Assembly: GCA_938034415.1 (NCBI GenBank)
Contig: CALHLE010000030.1
Location: 3,708 to 67,707, forward strand
DNA from: an uncultured Anaerolineae bacterium
Lineage (GTDB): Bacteria; Chloroflexota; Anaerolineae; J036; Brachytrichaceae
Direction of reading: 5' to 3'
Length of the DNA: 64,000 nucleotides
Made by a program: the position numbers and the translations under genes. The notes under the pieces were generated by a model. It was given only the letters and a program-made list of their open reading frames with translations, made no database searches and was not told the origin of the DNA. This document shows positions 28,616 to 38,378 of the stretch, in pieces; position 1 is the first letter of the stretch, and each line of letters starts with the position of its first letter.

Positions 28616-29485
28616 ATGACCCAGTCATCCATCACGTTAGCCGTCATCGGCGGCAGCGGGCTATACGCGATGCCCGGCCTGACCGATGTCGAAGAAGTCA
28701 CAATCACTACGCCGTTCGGCGCGCCGTCGGACGCAATCGTGCTCGGCACATATCACGGTTGTCGGATCGCCTTCCTCCCTCGTCACGGGCGTGGGCATCG
28801 CTATAACCCCAGCGAAGTGCCCTATCGCGCCAATATCTGGGCGCTCAAGTCGCTGGGCGTCAAGCACGTCGTCAGCGTGAGCGCGTGCGGCAGCCTGCGC
28901 GAACACCTGCGCCCGCGCGACATCGTTATCCCCGATCAGTTATTCGATTTCACTAAGGGCAAGCGCGCCTATTCGTTCTTCGAGGGCGGCGTGGTCGGTC
29001 ACGTCTCAGTCGGCGAGCCGTTCTCAAAGTCGCTCCGCGCGGCGTTGGCCCAAGCGGTGCGCGACGCCGGCGGGACGGCGCACGAAGGCGGCGTGTTGAT
29101 CACCATCGAAGGCCCGCGCTTCAGCACCAAAGCTGAAAGCCGCGCCTTCCGCGCGTGGGGATGCGACATCATCGGCATGACCGCCTGCCCGGAGGCCTTC
29201 CTCGCCCGCGAGGCCGAACTGGACTTCGCCATCATGGCCCATGTCACCGATTACGACGTGTGGCACGAAGAAGAGGGCGAGGTGACGGTGGACATGGTGA
29301 TCCAGCGGCTGAACGACAACCTGGCGCTGGCACAACGCGCAATCGCCAACCTCGCGCCGGTCGTCGCGGCGCTGCCCCACGAGAGCGCCGGCGCGATGCG
29401 CTACGCCGTCATGACCGCGCGCGACCGCATCTCCCCCGAAGCGCGCGAAAAGTTGCGCCTACTAGTGGGCGACTATTTGTCGTAA
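28616..29485 (+). CDS. mtnP: S-methyl-5'-thioadenosine phosphorylase
   Basis: IGGSGLY, TPFGAPS, RHGRGH, ANIWALK, EGPRFSTKAES, IGMT, VTDYD. Confidence 0.93.
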   Translation: MTQSSITLAVIGGSGLYAMPGLTDVEEVTITTPFGAPSDAIVLGTYHGCRIAFLPRHGRGHRYNPSEVPYRANIWALKSLGVKHVVSVSACGSLREHLRPRDIVIPDQLFDFTKGKRAYSFFEGGVVGHVSVGEPFSKSLRAALAQAVRDAGGTAHEGGVLITIEGPRFSTKAESRAFRAWGCDIIGMTACPEAFLAREAELDFAIMAHVTDYDVWHEEEGEVTVDMVIQRLNDNLALAQRAIANLAPVVAALPHESAGAMRYAVMTARDRISPEAREKLRLLVGDYLS

Positions 29486-29490
29486 GGCGT

Positions 29491-29511
29491 GAGGCGTAGG
29501 GTTTACGCCTC
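29491..29511. terminator. Hairpin between convergent mtnP and translin genes
   Basis: GAGGCGTA-GGGTT-TACGCCTC; no clear U-tract. Confidence 0.5.
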
Positions 29512-30147
29512 CCGCGCCAGTTTCTCCCGCAGCGCGTCAATCGCCGCTCTGAGTTCCGACTCGCGGAAGCTGATGGTGAGATCGCTCCGCGTGCGTTCGA
29601 GCACGCCGCGCACCATGTCAGTGTTGCGACGCAAACCGCCGGTGATCGCCTCTGGGAAGTCCATCGTCACCAACACATCGTAGATCTCATCCATCGCGGC
29701 GAGCAGGCGTTCGGCCTCCTGACTGTAGCCGCTGCGGATTTCGTCCAGCGCGCGCCGGCGCAGCTCGCCGGCGGCCTCGGCCAGGCCGTTGAGGTATGCC
29801 GCGTATTCCACGCCGATCTCCTCTGGCGCCGGCGCCGGCTTATTTTGCGCGATGGCCAGCACGATGTGCGCCTCGGCCAGCTCCTTCAACGCATCTTGCG
29901 TGTATCCGGTGAAGCACAAATCGGGATATGGTTTGACGATCGCGACGAGTTCCTCGGCTGCGCGACGCGCTTCGCCGAGCAAGCGGTCGGCTTCATCCCA
30001 TTCATCGCGATGCGAGGCGCGGATGGCAAGTGAGCAATAGCGAATCAGTTCTCTAGAAAGGTTAACTGCTCTATCGCGCGCTGCATTCTTAGCGACGAAA
30101 CTTTCGCGGATGCGCTCTCCGATCTTCGCTAACTGGTTATCGGCCAT
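29503..30147 (-). CDS. Translin/TRAX family protein
   Basis: All-helical; KELAEA, YLNGLAEAAGELRR and LRRNTD correspond to the translin family motifs. Confidence 0.85.
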   Translation of the reverse strand: MADNQLAKIGERIRESFVAKNAARDRAVNLSRELIRYCSLAIRASHRDEWDEADRLLGEARRAAEELVAIVKPYPDLCFTGYTQDALKELAEAHIVLAIAQNKPAPAPEEIGVEYAAYLNGLAEAAGELRRRALDEIRSGYSQEAERLLAAMDEIYDVLVTMDFPEAITGGLRRNTDMVRGVLERTRSDLTISFRESELRAAIDALREKLAREA

Positions 30148-30166
30148 TCGTTTCTATTCTAATGAT

Positions 30167-30530
30167 TGATCCATAGTCTGTCGTAGAGCTGTTGATGCTG
30201 GGGATAACCATCAGGGGAACCTATAGGTAGCCCGCCATGCGCATTCGCGCCCTAAATGTAGGCTTAACATTGTCGTCGCGCGCGACCAGTCATGAGCGGC
30301 GATGTGTATAGAGGTTGTTCACACCCTGGGACAACCCCCGCATTTGGGGTGTGGAAATGTGGATTCGCGGACTGAATCCACACCGTGTGGGAAGGAGGCC
30401 CCGTCAACGGTGTGAAGATGTGGATCGAACGGTTCGCCCGTAAATAGGGTGGGGCGCTTTTGCGAATGCTTTTCGCTGTGGAATCGCTCAGAGCTTTACG
30501 CAGATTTAATGGATAATGACGTATCCATGC
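30167..30530. other. Cluster of DnaA-box-like 9-mers (candidate oriC or DnaA-binding locus)
   Basis: About ten 1-2-mismatch boxes in both orientations in a lower-GC intergenic region; see finding. Confidence 0.5.
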
Positions 30531-30850
30531 AGACTGTCGAGTCGTTAGGTGCGCGCTATGGCCTGGACTGGGGCGTGCGCGGCGCGTGGCAGTAACAGCG
30601 ACGCAGCTCTTCTTGCGCGAGTTTTGCGCTGCCGTCCGGCGCATGCGCAACGATGCCGAGCCTGTTTGGCCCTGGGCTGCGCGCGAAACAGCACCGGATC
30701 ATCTCCGAGGGACTGCGCGGCCTGTCGAGCGCGCTGCGGCGCGTGCGCGTCTATGATGCGCTAGAGGCGCCGCCGCGTATGCCGAAGCGCAAAACGCTGC
30801 GTCGTTGCGGCGCACTTGGTCGGCCGGCGGGATCACCTGAAGCCATTTGT

Positions 30851-32635
30851 ATGAAACCAGACACGGGGCACTCATGCAGCTCGCGGCGCGTCAGCCTCCG
30901 CCGGAGCGTCGCGGCTTTGCTCGGCGCTGCACTGTCCCTGACGGCGTGCGGCGGTTCAGCCGACCAGGCGCCCACTCGCACGCCGATCAGTACTGCGATC
31001 GCCCCATCGCCCACGCCCATCGTCGTCACGATGAGCGCCTCGCCCACGGCGGTGGTGATTCCGCCGCCCACAGCCACCATGCCGCCTACACCCACGGCGC
31101 CGCCGACCGCGACGCGCGCGCCCCAGCCGCCTCCGTCGCTTACGCCGGAGCCTTTGCCGACGGCTGGGCCTGTTATCGAACTCAGCGCGTTTGTCGGCAA
31201 TGATGTTGCGCTGCCTGTGGTCCCGATCTCCGCGACCACCGGCATCACGGCGACGGGGCTGTTCTCGCTCACCGAAGTCCCGCCGCCCGTGGCGCCGGTG
31301 AAGTTGCCGCCCGGCGTGATCAACATCGCGCTGCTCGGCGTGGACACGCGCCCCACTGAAAAGGGGATGCTGACCGACGTGATCATCATCGCCAGCATTG
31401 ACCCGAACATCCCGGCTGTGACGCTGCTCTCCATCCCGCGCGATACGCTGGTGTACATCCCCCACCGGCGCATGGCCAAGGTCAACACGGCGTTCGCCGC
31501 CGGCCCGGATGTATTCAAGCAGACCATCAAATACAACTTCGGCCTGAACGTGGACTACTACGCTGCGATCAATTTTGCCGGCCTGGTGAAAGCCGTCAAC
31601 ATGCTAGGCGGCATCGAAATCATCGCCACCTGCCCGCTCTATCAGGTCTTCCCGAAGGATCCGTATTATTTGGCCGACCCAGTTACGCCGCTGACCGTCA
31701 CCGCGCCCTATACCGATTCGTTCACCGGCGAGGTGTGGCAACCTGGACAAGCCGTGCCGACGCAGACGATCTACATCCCCCGCCCCGGCGTGTACACATT
31801 GAACGGCTTGCAAGCCCTGGCCTACGCGCGGGCGCGCAACGGTGTGCCTGGCGGCGACGTGGATCGCGGCCGCCGAGCGCAGCGCGTGTTGCGCGCGCTG
31901 CTCCACAAAGCGCGCAGCAGCAGCCTGATTGCGATCACCCGCCTGCCGGCGCTGCTCGACCAATTCGCCCGCAACGTCAAGACCGACCTCACCCTCGACC
32001 AAATTCTGTCGCTGGCAGCGCAGGCCGATCGATTTGACGATAGCATCATCCGCAGTCGCTACTTCGACGATGTCGGGATGACCAGCGCAACGTTGCCGGT
32101 GGTCGGCGCCGTGCTGATTCCCGACCGAGACAACATCACGCCATACCTGCAAATGGCCATGAACGTGCCGCTCAACCAGCAGGCCGGCAGCGGCATCGCC
32201 GTCGAGGTGTGGAACGGCACGCGCCAGGCGGACTTTGGCATTGTGGCTGCCGATCGGTTGCGTGAGTTGGGCTTTAACGTGGTCAGCATCCGGGACGCCG
32301 ACGGCGTCTATTCTAGGACGCAGGTGGTTGACTTCACGACGACGGCGAAGGGCAGCGCGCTCCCGCTGCTGCAACGCGCGCTTGGCGTCCGGCCGGAGAA
32401 CATCATCGCCCAGCCCAATCCAGATGGGCCGCGCTACCGCATCATTGCTGGTCAGGACCTCGACCCGTGTTACTACAAGACCACGCCGGCCAACGTGCGC
32501 GCTGCGCCGTCGCCGATTCAGCCCGCGAACGAACGGCAAGCGCCGCCGGACGGTGGCGCGCCCGCCGACCCGAATGCGCAACCGACGGCGGAGTCAACTC
32601 CCACCCCCGCGCCGGAGGGGGCGATGACGCAATAG
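30851..32635 (+). CDS. LCP (LytR-CpsA-Psr) family lipoprotein with LytR_C domain
   Basis: Lipobox LTA|C, Pro/Thr linker, NIALLGVD, TDVIII, SIPRDT, ALAYARAR, DRGRRAQ, VEVWNGT. Start re-picked. Confidence 0.9.
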   Translation: MKPDTGHSCSSRRVSLRRSVAALLGAALSLTACGGSADQAPTRTPISTAIAPSPTPIVVTMSASPTAVVIPPPTATMPPTPTAPPTATRAPQPPPSLTPEPLPTAGPVIELSAFVGNDVALPVVPISATTGITATGLFSLTEVPPPVAPVKLPPGVINIALLGVDTRPTEKGMLTDVIIIASIDPNIPAVTLLSIPRDTLVYIPHRRMAKVNTAFAAGPDVFKQTIKYNFGLNVDYYAAINFAGLVKAVNMLGGIEIIATCPLYQVFPKDPYYLADPVTPLTVTAPYTDSFTGEVWQPGQAVPTQTIYIPRPGVYTLNGLQALAYARARNGVPGGDVDRGRRAQRVLRALLHKARSSSLIAITRLPALLDQFARNVKTDLTLDQILSLAAQADRFDDSIIRSRYFDDVGMTSATLPVVGAVLIPDRDNITPYLQMAMNVPLNQQAGSGIAVEVWNGTRQADFGIVAADRLRELGFNVVSIRDADGVYSRTQVVDFTTTAKGSALPLLQRALGVRPENIIAQPNPDGPRYRIIAGQDLDPCYYKTTPANVRAAPSPIQPANERQAPPDGGAPADPNAQPTAESTPTPAPEGAMTQ

Positions 32636-32657
32636 GGCGCAGGCATTGCCTGCGCCC
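32635..32657. terminator. GC-rich hairpin (REP/terminator-like) between convergent genes
   Basis: GGGCGCAGGC-ATT-GCCTGCGCCC, 10-bp stem. Confidence 0.55.
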
Positions 32658-32680
32658 CCGCATCGGCCTCCCGCATCGGC

Positions 32681-33853
32681 CTAAAGGGATGCCAGTCGGT
32701 AATAGCCCTCGGCGGCGCCGAAGAGCTGGTCAAGGCTGAGCGACTCATCGGCGATGTGCGCGTCGGCCTCCAGGCCTGGGCCGAAGCCGATGGTGGGGAT
32801 GCCCAGCATACCGGCGCTGCGCGCGGCGTTCGTGCAAAAGCGATAGTAACCGATCGGCGCCTCGGGCAATGCGGCGCGCGCCATGCGCGCGAAAGGATGC
32901 TCGGCGTCGAACTTCCAGGCCGGCATGAACTTCAACGCGCTGCGCGTGGCGCCGGTGTAGGTGATGATGCTGCCTGCGTCCACTTCGGCGCGGGCGTTGA
33001 ACGCGGGGTCTTCGCGTTGTAGGCGGGCGATGACCTCTTGGATCGGCGCGAGCACGTCGTCCACGCCTTCACCGACCAGCAGGCGGCGATCGGCGCGCAC
33101 TCGACAGCGCGCCGGCAGCACGCTCACGCTGGGAAACGGATCGCTGATGATCTCGGTTGGCTCTAGGATGCCGGGGCCGAGGTCGGCGTCGCATGGCGGT
33201 TGCCACTCCTGTAGGGCTGCGATCAGCCGAGCCATGTGCTTGAGCGCATTCACGCCGCGCGATGGGTCGCTGGCGTGGGCGGGCACGCCCTCGGTGGTGA
33301 TGAACACTTCGGCCCGGCCGCGCCCGCCGATGTTCAGCCGCAGCGCGGTGCTCTCGCAGATCACCACGTAGGCCGGCCGATAGGCATCCAGCACCTCGGC
33401 CAGTGCCAGCCCTTCGATCTGCTCTTCGTTGACGCTGGCGCATACCAGCACATCGCGACGCAGCCGCCCGTCTTGTTTGGCGAATGCCGCTGCGCACAGG
33501 CTGGCAGCCAGTGCGCCCTTCATGTCGCTGGCGCCGCGCCCCCAGATGCGCCCGTCGCTCACTTCGCCGCCGAAAGGGTCTTTCGTCCAATGGCCGGCGG
33601 CCGCGACAGTGTCCATGTGGGAGTCGAAGAGCAGCGCGCCCTCGCTTGAGGGCGCGGACGGCCGCAAGCGCCCCACTACGTTGCCCAGCGCATCGGCCTT
33701 CACCTCGTCATAGCCGAGCGCCGTCATCGCGCGCGCGACGACGTTGGCCACGTCGCGTTCTTCGCCGGCCAGGCTTCTGTAGCGGATCAGGTCTCGCGCC
33801 AGCGCGACGATGCGCTCCCGGCGCGCTTCGCCCAAAGGGGATAAATTGTTCAT
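32681..33853 (-). CDS. M20 family metallohydrolase (YgeY/ArgE-like)
   Basis: [37 protein letters not shown]. Confidence 0.88.
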   Translation of the reverse strand: MNNLSPLGEARRERIVALARDLIRYRSLAGEERDVANVVARAMTALGYDEVKADALGNVVGRLRPSAPSSEGALLFDSHMDTVAAAGHWTKDPFGGEVSDGRIWGRGASDMKGALAASLCAAAFAKQDGRLRRDVLVCASVNEEQIEGLALAEVLDAYRPAYVVICESTALRLNIGGRGRAEVFITTEGVPAHASDPSRGVNALKHMARLIAALQEWQPPCDADLGPGILEPTEIISDPFPSVSVLPARCRVRADRRLLVGEGVDDVLAPIQEVIARLQREDPAFNARAEVDAGSIITYTGATRSALKFMPAWKFDAEHPFARMARAALPEAPIGYYRFCTNAARSAGMLGIPTIGFGPGLEADAHIADESLSLDQLFGAAEGYYRLASL

Positions 33854-34422
33854 CGTTCTCCGCCTTGCTCGATGCGCGGCAGGGTGACGCCGGTCTGCCC
33901 CTGGTACTTGCCTTTCTTGTCGCGGTAGCTCTGTTCGCACACGTCATCCCCGGCCAGAAAGATGAGCTGGGCGATCCCCTCGTTGGCATACACCTTGGCC
34001 GGCAGCGGCGTGGTGTTGCTGATCTCTAGCGTGAGGTAGCCCTCCCACTCCGGCTCCAGCGGCGTGACGTTGACGATCAGGCCGCAGCGGGCGTAGGTGC
34101 TCTTCCCCAGGCACACCACCAGCACCTCGCGCGGGATGCGGAAGTATTCCACTGTGCGGCTGAGCACGAACGAGTTAGGCGGGATGATGCACACATCGCC
34201 CTTGAAGTCCACGAACGATTGCGGCACGAAGTTCTTCGGGTCCACGATGGCCGAGTTGACGTTGGTGAAGATCTTGAACTCGTCGCTCACGCGGATGTCG
34301 TAGCCGTAGGACGACAGCCCATAGCTCACCACGCCCTGTCGGATAGAATTTTCGACGAACGGCTCGATCATGCGATGCTCGAGCGCCATGCGGCGGATCC
34401 AGAGGTCAGGTTTGATGCCCAT
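33850..34422 (-). CDS. dcd: dCTP deaminase
   Basis: [39 protein letters not shown]. Confidence 0.95.
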   Translation of the reverse strand: MGIKPDLWIRRMALEHRMIEPFVENSIRQGVVSYGLSSYGYDIRVSDEFKIFTNVNSAIVDPKNFVPQSFVDFKGDVCIIPPNSFVLSRTVEYFRIPREVLVVCLGKSTYARCGLIVNVTPLEPEWEGYLTLEISNTTPLPAKVYANEGIAQLIFLAGDDVCEQSYRDKKGKYQGQTGVTLPRIEQGGER

Positions 34423-34443
34423 TTCAACGCTCAATGGCAAAAA

Positions 34444-36219
34444 TCACATCCGTTCCGGCGCGTTCATTCCCATCAGCTTCAGCGTCTTCGCCAGCGTCAA
34501 CTGCGCGGCGCGGGCCAGCTTCATGCGCGCGCGGGCCACATCCGGCGGGCTGCCCTTGATCCGGCATTCCTCGTAGAACTTGCTGAAGGCTTGGGTCACC
34601 TCGCGGGCGTAGGTGGTGTAGTGATGCGGTTGCAGCGTCGTCGCCACCAGCTCGACGATTTCCGGCAACTGGATCAGCCGGCGGATGAGGGCTTGCTCGG
34701 CGGGGTGCTCATAGCAGTACGCGCCGGGCGCTTGCTGCGACCCTGGGTCGCCGATTTCTACGCCCCAGTTCTCCTCGGCCGCTTTGCGCTCGATGGAGCA
34801 GATGCGCGCATGGCCGTATTGCACGTAATAGACCGGGTTCTTCTCGTTTTGCTCCTTCAGCACGTCTAGGTCGAAGGTGAACTTGGTGTCCACGCTGCGC
34901 GAGAGCATGATGTAGCGAAAGGCATCTGGGCCGATTTCGTCCACCACGTCGTCAATCAGCAGCGCGTTGCCCTTGCGCTTGCCCATGCGCACTTCCTGGC
35001 CGCTGCGCAGCAGGGTGATGAAGCGGTAGATCAGGATGCGGATGGCGCCTTCCGGCAGCCCGATGGCGCGCGCGGCGGCGTGTAGGCGCGGCACGTCGGC
35101 CTGATGGTCTTCGCCCCACACGTAGATGGCCGGGTTGAAGCCGCGCAGCATCACCTTGTGCCACATGTAGGGGATGTCGCTGGCAAAGTAGGTCGGTCGC
35201 TCCTCGGGATCGCGGATCACCTTCGGCGAGCGAATCAGCACAGCCTGCACCGGCAGCGCCCGGCCGCTTTCGTCCTTGTCTGCGGCGTACTCTTCGTCGG
35301 TGCGGCGCTGACCTTGGCCGCTGCGGATGGGGGAGCCGTCCTCGCTGAACCACAGCGCGCCGTCGTGTTCGATCACCAGCCCTTTGGCGCGCAGGCGCTC
35401 GATCATTTCGTAACCCAGGCCGCTGGTCCACAGGCTTTTCTCGCTGAAGAAGTTATCGTAGCGGATGTTCAGCCGCGCCAGCGTGCGCTTGATGTTGGCC
35501 ATTATCGCTTCGATGCCGAGCTGGCCCAGCGCGCGCACTGCTTCGTCCTTGGGCAGGCGCAGGTATCTGTCGCCCTCGCGCTCGGCGATGATGCGGGCTA
35601 CTTCTTGCACGTCTTCGCCCTGGTAGCCGCGCTCGGGCATCGGCTCATCCACGCCCAGCGCCTGGGCATAGCGGGCATATACGCTCGCGCCGAAGACGCG
35701 CACCTGTGAGCCGGCGTCGTTGATGTACCACTCGCGATGCACCTGATAGCCGGCCGCCTCTAGGGTGTTGGCCAGCGTGTCGCCCACGACCACGTTGCGG
35801 CCGGTGCCGATCGTGGCGTAGCCGGTGGGGTTGGCGCTGCCGTGCTCCACCTGCGCCTTGCGCCCTCGCCCCAGGTCAATCTCGCCCCAGCGCGCGCCGC
35901 GCTCGAGGATGACGTCAACTTGCTGTGAGAGATAGGCGGGCGTCAGGCGAAAGTTGATGAAGCCTTGTGCGACTTCGACGGAGAAGGGCGTGCCGGGCAT
36001 AGCGCGCAGGTATTGGGCGATCGTCTCGGCGATCTTCGCGGGCGGCATCTTGGCGATGCGCGCCAGTTGCATGGCCACGTTGGTCGCGTAGTCGCCCATC
36101 TCCGGCTGGCGCGGGTGTTCCACGACGATCGTCGGTATGGCGAAGGCGGGCAATTCGCCGGCTTGCTGCGCTTGGCCGATGGCGTCGGCGATGCAACGAA
36201 TGAGATGATCTCGAATCAT
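34444..36219 (-). CDS. argS: Arginine--tRNA ligase
   Basis: GDYATNVAM, GFINF, SANPTG, YINDAG, YVWGEDH, MGKRKG, NPVYYVQYGHARICS, MNAPERM. Confidence 0.95.
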   Translation of the reverse strand: MIRDHLIRCIADAIGQAQQAGELPAFAIPTIVVEHPRQPEMGDYATNVAMQLARIAKMPPAKIAETIAQYLRAMPGTPFSVEVAQGFINFRLTPAYLSQQVDVILERGARWGEIDLGRGRKAQVEHGSANPTGYATIGTGRNVVVGDTLANTLEAAGYQVHREWYINDAGSQVRVFGASVYARYAQALGVDEPMPERGYQGEDVQEVARIIAEREGDRYLRLPKDEAVRALGQLGIEAIMANIKRTLARLNIRYDNFFSEKSLWTSGLGYEMIERLRAKGLVIEHDGALWFSEDGSPIRSGQGQRRTDEEYAADKDESGRALPVQAVLIRSPKVIRDPEERPTYFASDIPYMWHKVMLRGFNPAIYVWGEDHQADVPRLHAAARAIGLPEGAIRILIYRFITLLRSGQEVRMGKRKGNALLIDDVVDEIGPDAFRYIMLSRSVDTKFTFDLDVLKEQNEKNPVYYVQYGHARICSIERKAAEENWGVEIGDPGSQQAPGAYCYEHPAEQALIRRLIQLPEIVELVATTLQPHHYTTYAREVTQAFSKFYEECRIKGSPPDVARARMKLARAAQLTLAKTLKLMGMNAPERM

Positions 36220-36295
36220 ACGAGCGGCTCGATAGGCGCGTATTCTAACCAACGCAGCTTTTCAGCCGAACATCTCCGGTGTTTACTTGACGCCT

Positions 36296-37081
36296 ATGAC
36301 GACTCTAGCCTTCGACTATCGTCGGATGTTCGACCTGACCGGCCGCACCGCGCTGGTGGTGGGCGCCGGCAGCGGCATCGGCGAAGCCAGCGCGCATGGG
36401 CTGGCTGCATACGGCGCGCGCGTGATCTGCGCCGACCTTGACCTGACCGCTGCGCAGCGCGTGGCGCGAGACATCGGCGCGAGCGCCGACGCGATCCAGC
36501 TCGACATGCGCGACGCTTCGGCTATCGCTGCGGCGCTGCGGGATGCCCCGCCGCTCGACGTGTTGGTGAGCACGCCCAGCATCAACGTGCGCAAGCCGCT
36601 GCTGGCGATCAGCGACGAGGAATTCGACCGAGTGATCGGCCTGAACCTGCGCGGCACGTTCATGCTGATGCGCCACGTGGCGCGCGGCATGGCCGAGCGC
36701 GGGCGCGGCAGCATCATCGTCTTCAGCAGCATTCGCGGCGAGGTGGTGGAGCCGGGGCAGGGCGTGTATGCGGCCACCAAAGCCGGCGTGCGCCAACTAT
36801 GCCGCGCCCTGGCCGCCGAGCTGGGGACGCGCGGCGTGCGCGTGAACCTGATCGCCCCCGGCGTAGTAGAGACCCCGCTTACCGCCCAAATCCGCAATCA
36901 TCCCGATTGGTACCGCGCCTACGCCGAAAAGAACGCCCTGCGCCGCTGGGCGCAGCCGCATGAGATGGTCGGCGCAGTGGTGTATCTCGCCTCCGATGCC
37001 AGCTCATACGTCACCGGCGCGGTGCTCTATGTGGACGCCGGCTGGACAGCGCAGGATGGCCGCTTCACGCCGCCGCTCTAG
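36296..37081 (+). CDS. SDR family oxidoreductase
   Basis: GAGSGIG, SSIRG, YAATK, PGVVETPL. Confidence 0.9.
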   Translation: MTTLAFDYRRMFDLTGRTALVVGAGSGIGEASAHGLAAYGARVICADLDLTAAQRVARDIGASADAIQLDMRDASAIAAALRDAPPLDVLVSTPSINVRKPLLAISDEEFDRVIGLNLRGTFMLMRHVARGMAERGRGSIIVFSSIRGEVVEPGQGVYAATKAGVRQLCRALAAELGTRGVRVNLIAPGVVETPLTAQIRNHPDWYRAYAEKNALRRWAQPHEMVGAVVYLASDASSYVTGAVLYVDAGWTAQDGRFTPPL

Positions 37082-37109
37082 CGCCGATTTGAAGAACGCG
37101 AGACGACGC

Positions 37110-38378
37110 ATGATTTCCGACCTTGAACGCTGCGTGCTCGACTGCATTGACGACGACGAACTGATCGGCTGGGTGCAGGCGCTGACGCGCATCCCCAGCG
37201 TGTGGAAGCCCGAACAAGGCATCGGCGAGGAAGCCGCTGCGCGCTGGGTGGAGGCGTGCTGCCGCGACATCGGCCTGCAAACCCGCTTCGAGTTCGTCAT
37301 CCCCGGCCGGCCTAACGTCATCGCTGCCTACGCCACGCATCCCACTTTCTCGATAGACGATTTGTTGCGGCCGCCCGCTTTGCCTCATACTCAGAAATGG
37401 CTGATGTTCGAAGGCCACACCGACGTGGTGACCGAAGGCGACCCGGCGCAGTGGACAGATCCGCCGTTCAGCGCCGTCATCCGCGACGGGCGCATCTACG
37501 GGCGCGGCGCAAACGACATGAAAGCCGGCTTGTGTTGCGCGCTGGCCGCGATCAAGGCTATCGTCCGCAGCGGCGTCGCCTTGAACGGCGGCATCCTGCT
37601 GGGCGCCGTGTGCGACGAAGAGGGCGGCATGATCGGCATCAAGCACTTCGTGGAGCGCGGCTGGGCCGACCACGTGACGGCGTGCATCGTGTGCGAGCCG
37701 GAGGAGAATCGCCTGTGCATCGCGCAGAAGGGCGTGATGTGGTTGCGCTGCGTCATTCGCGGCGTGATGAGCCACGGCGCCATGCCGTTGACCGGCGTCA
37801 ATGCCATGTATCCCATGGCCCGCTTTCTCACCATGGCGCAAGCGCTGGAGGAGCGCGAAATCGCCCGACATGGCCGACACGAGTTCCTCGGCCAGCCCAG
37901 CATCACGCCGACCATCGTCATGTCGCCGGCGCGCGGCGAAGGCGAGCCGCAAGCTAACGTCATGCCGGGCGCCGCCGAGTGCGTGCTCGACATCCGCCTG
38001 ATCCCCGACCAAGACCCCGACGTGCTCGCGCGGCGCGTCGAGCAAATGCTCGCCGCCTGCGTCGCGGTGGACGACCGGCTGCGCTATGAGTTTGAAGTGG
38101 TCGAAGTGCGCCATCCGACCCACACCGAGCGCGACCATCCGATCGTGCAGTCGCTCGCTTCGGCCTACGCCGATTTGACCGGCGCGTCGCCGATCTACGG
38201 CGGCGTGCCCGGCAGCACCGACGGCACCATCCTGCACGCGCGTAAGGGCATCCCCATCGTCACGTGCGGGCCGGGCGACATCCACATCCCGCATCACGTG
38301 GACGAATGGGTGAGCATCGAGGAGATCAAGCTGGCCGCGCGGATGTATGCGCTGGCGGCGATGCGGTATCTCGCATAG
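37110..38378 (+). CDS. M20 family peptidase/deacylase (ArgE/DapE-like)
   Basis: EGHTDVV, GRGANDMKAG, CDEE, HGAMP, GSTDG, HHVDEW. Confidence 0.9.
   Translation: MISDLERCVLDCIDDDELIGWVQALTRIPSVWKPEQGIGEEAAARWVEACCRDIGLQTRFEFVIPGRPNVIAAYATHPTFSIDDLLRPPALPHTQKWLMFEGHTDVVTEGDPAQWTDPPFSAVIRDGRIYGRGANDMKAGLCCALAAIKAIVRSGVALNGGILLGAVCDEEGGMIGIKHFVERGWADHVTACIVCEPEENRLCIAQKGVMWLRCVIRGVMSHGAMPLTGVNAMYPMARFLTMAQALEEREIARHGRHEFLGQPSITPTIVMSPARGEGEPQANVMPGAAECVLDIRLIPDQDPDVLARRVEQMLAACVAVDDRLRYEFEVVEVRHPTHTERDHPIVQSLASAYADLTGASPIYGGVPGSTDGTILHARKGIPIVTCGPGDIHIPHHVDEWVSIEEIKLAARMYALAAMRYLA

Noticed and set aside
30150-30198. DnaA-trios / unwinding element next to the box cluster
   Set aside because: Only one exact CTA trio, and the AT-rich stretch is explained by the translin promoter.
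32681-33853. YgeY-like hydrolase as part of the selenium locus
   Set aside because: 20 kb from selD, in an argS-dcd operon; the subfamily cannot be fixed by eye.
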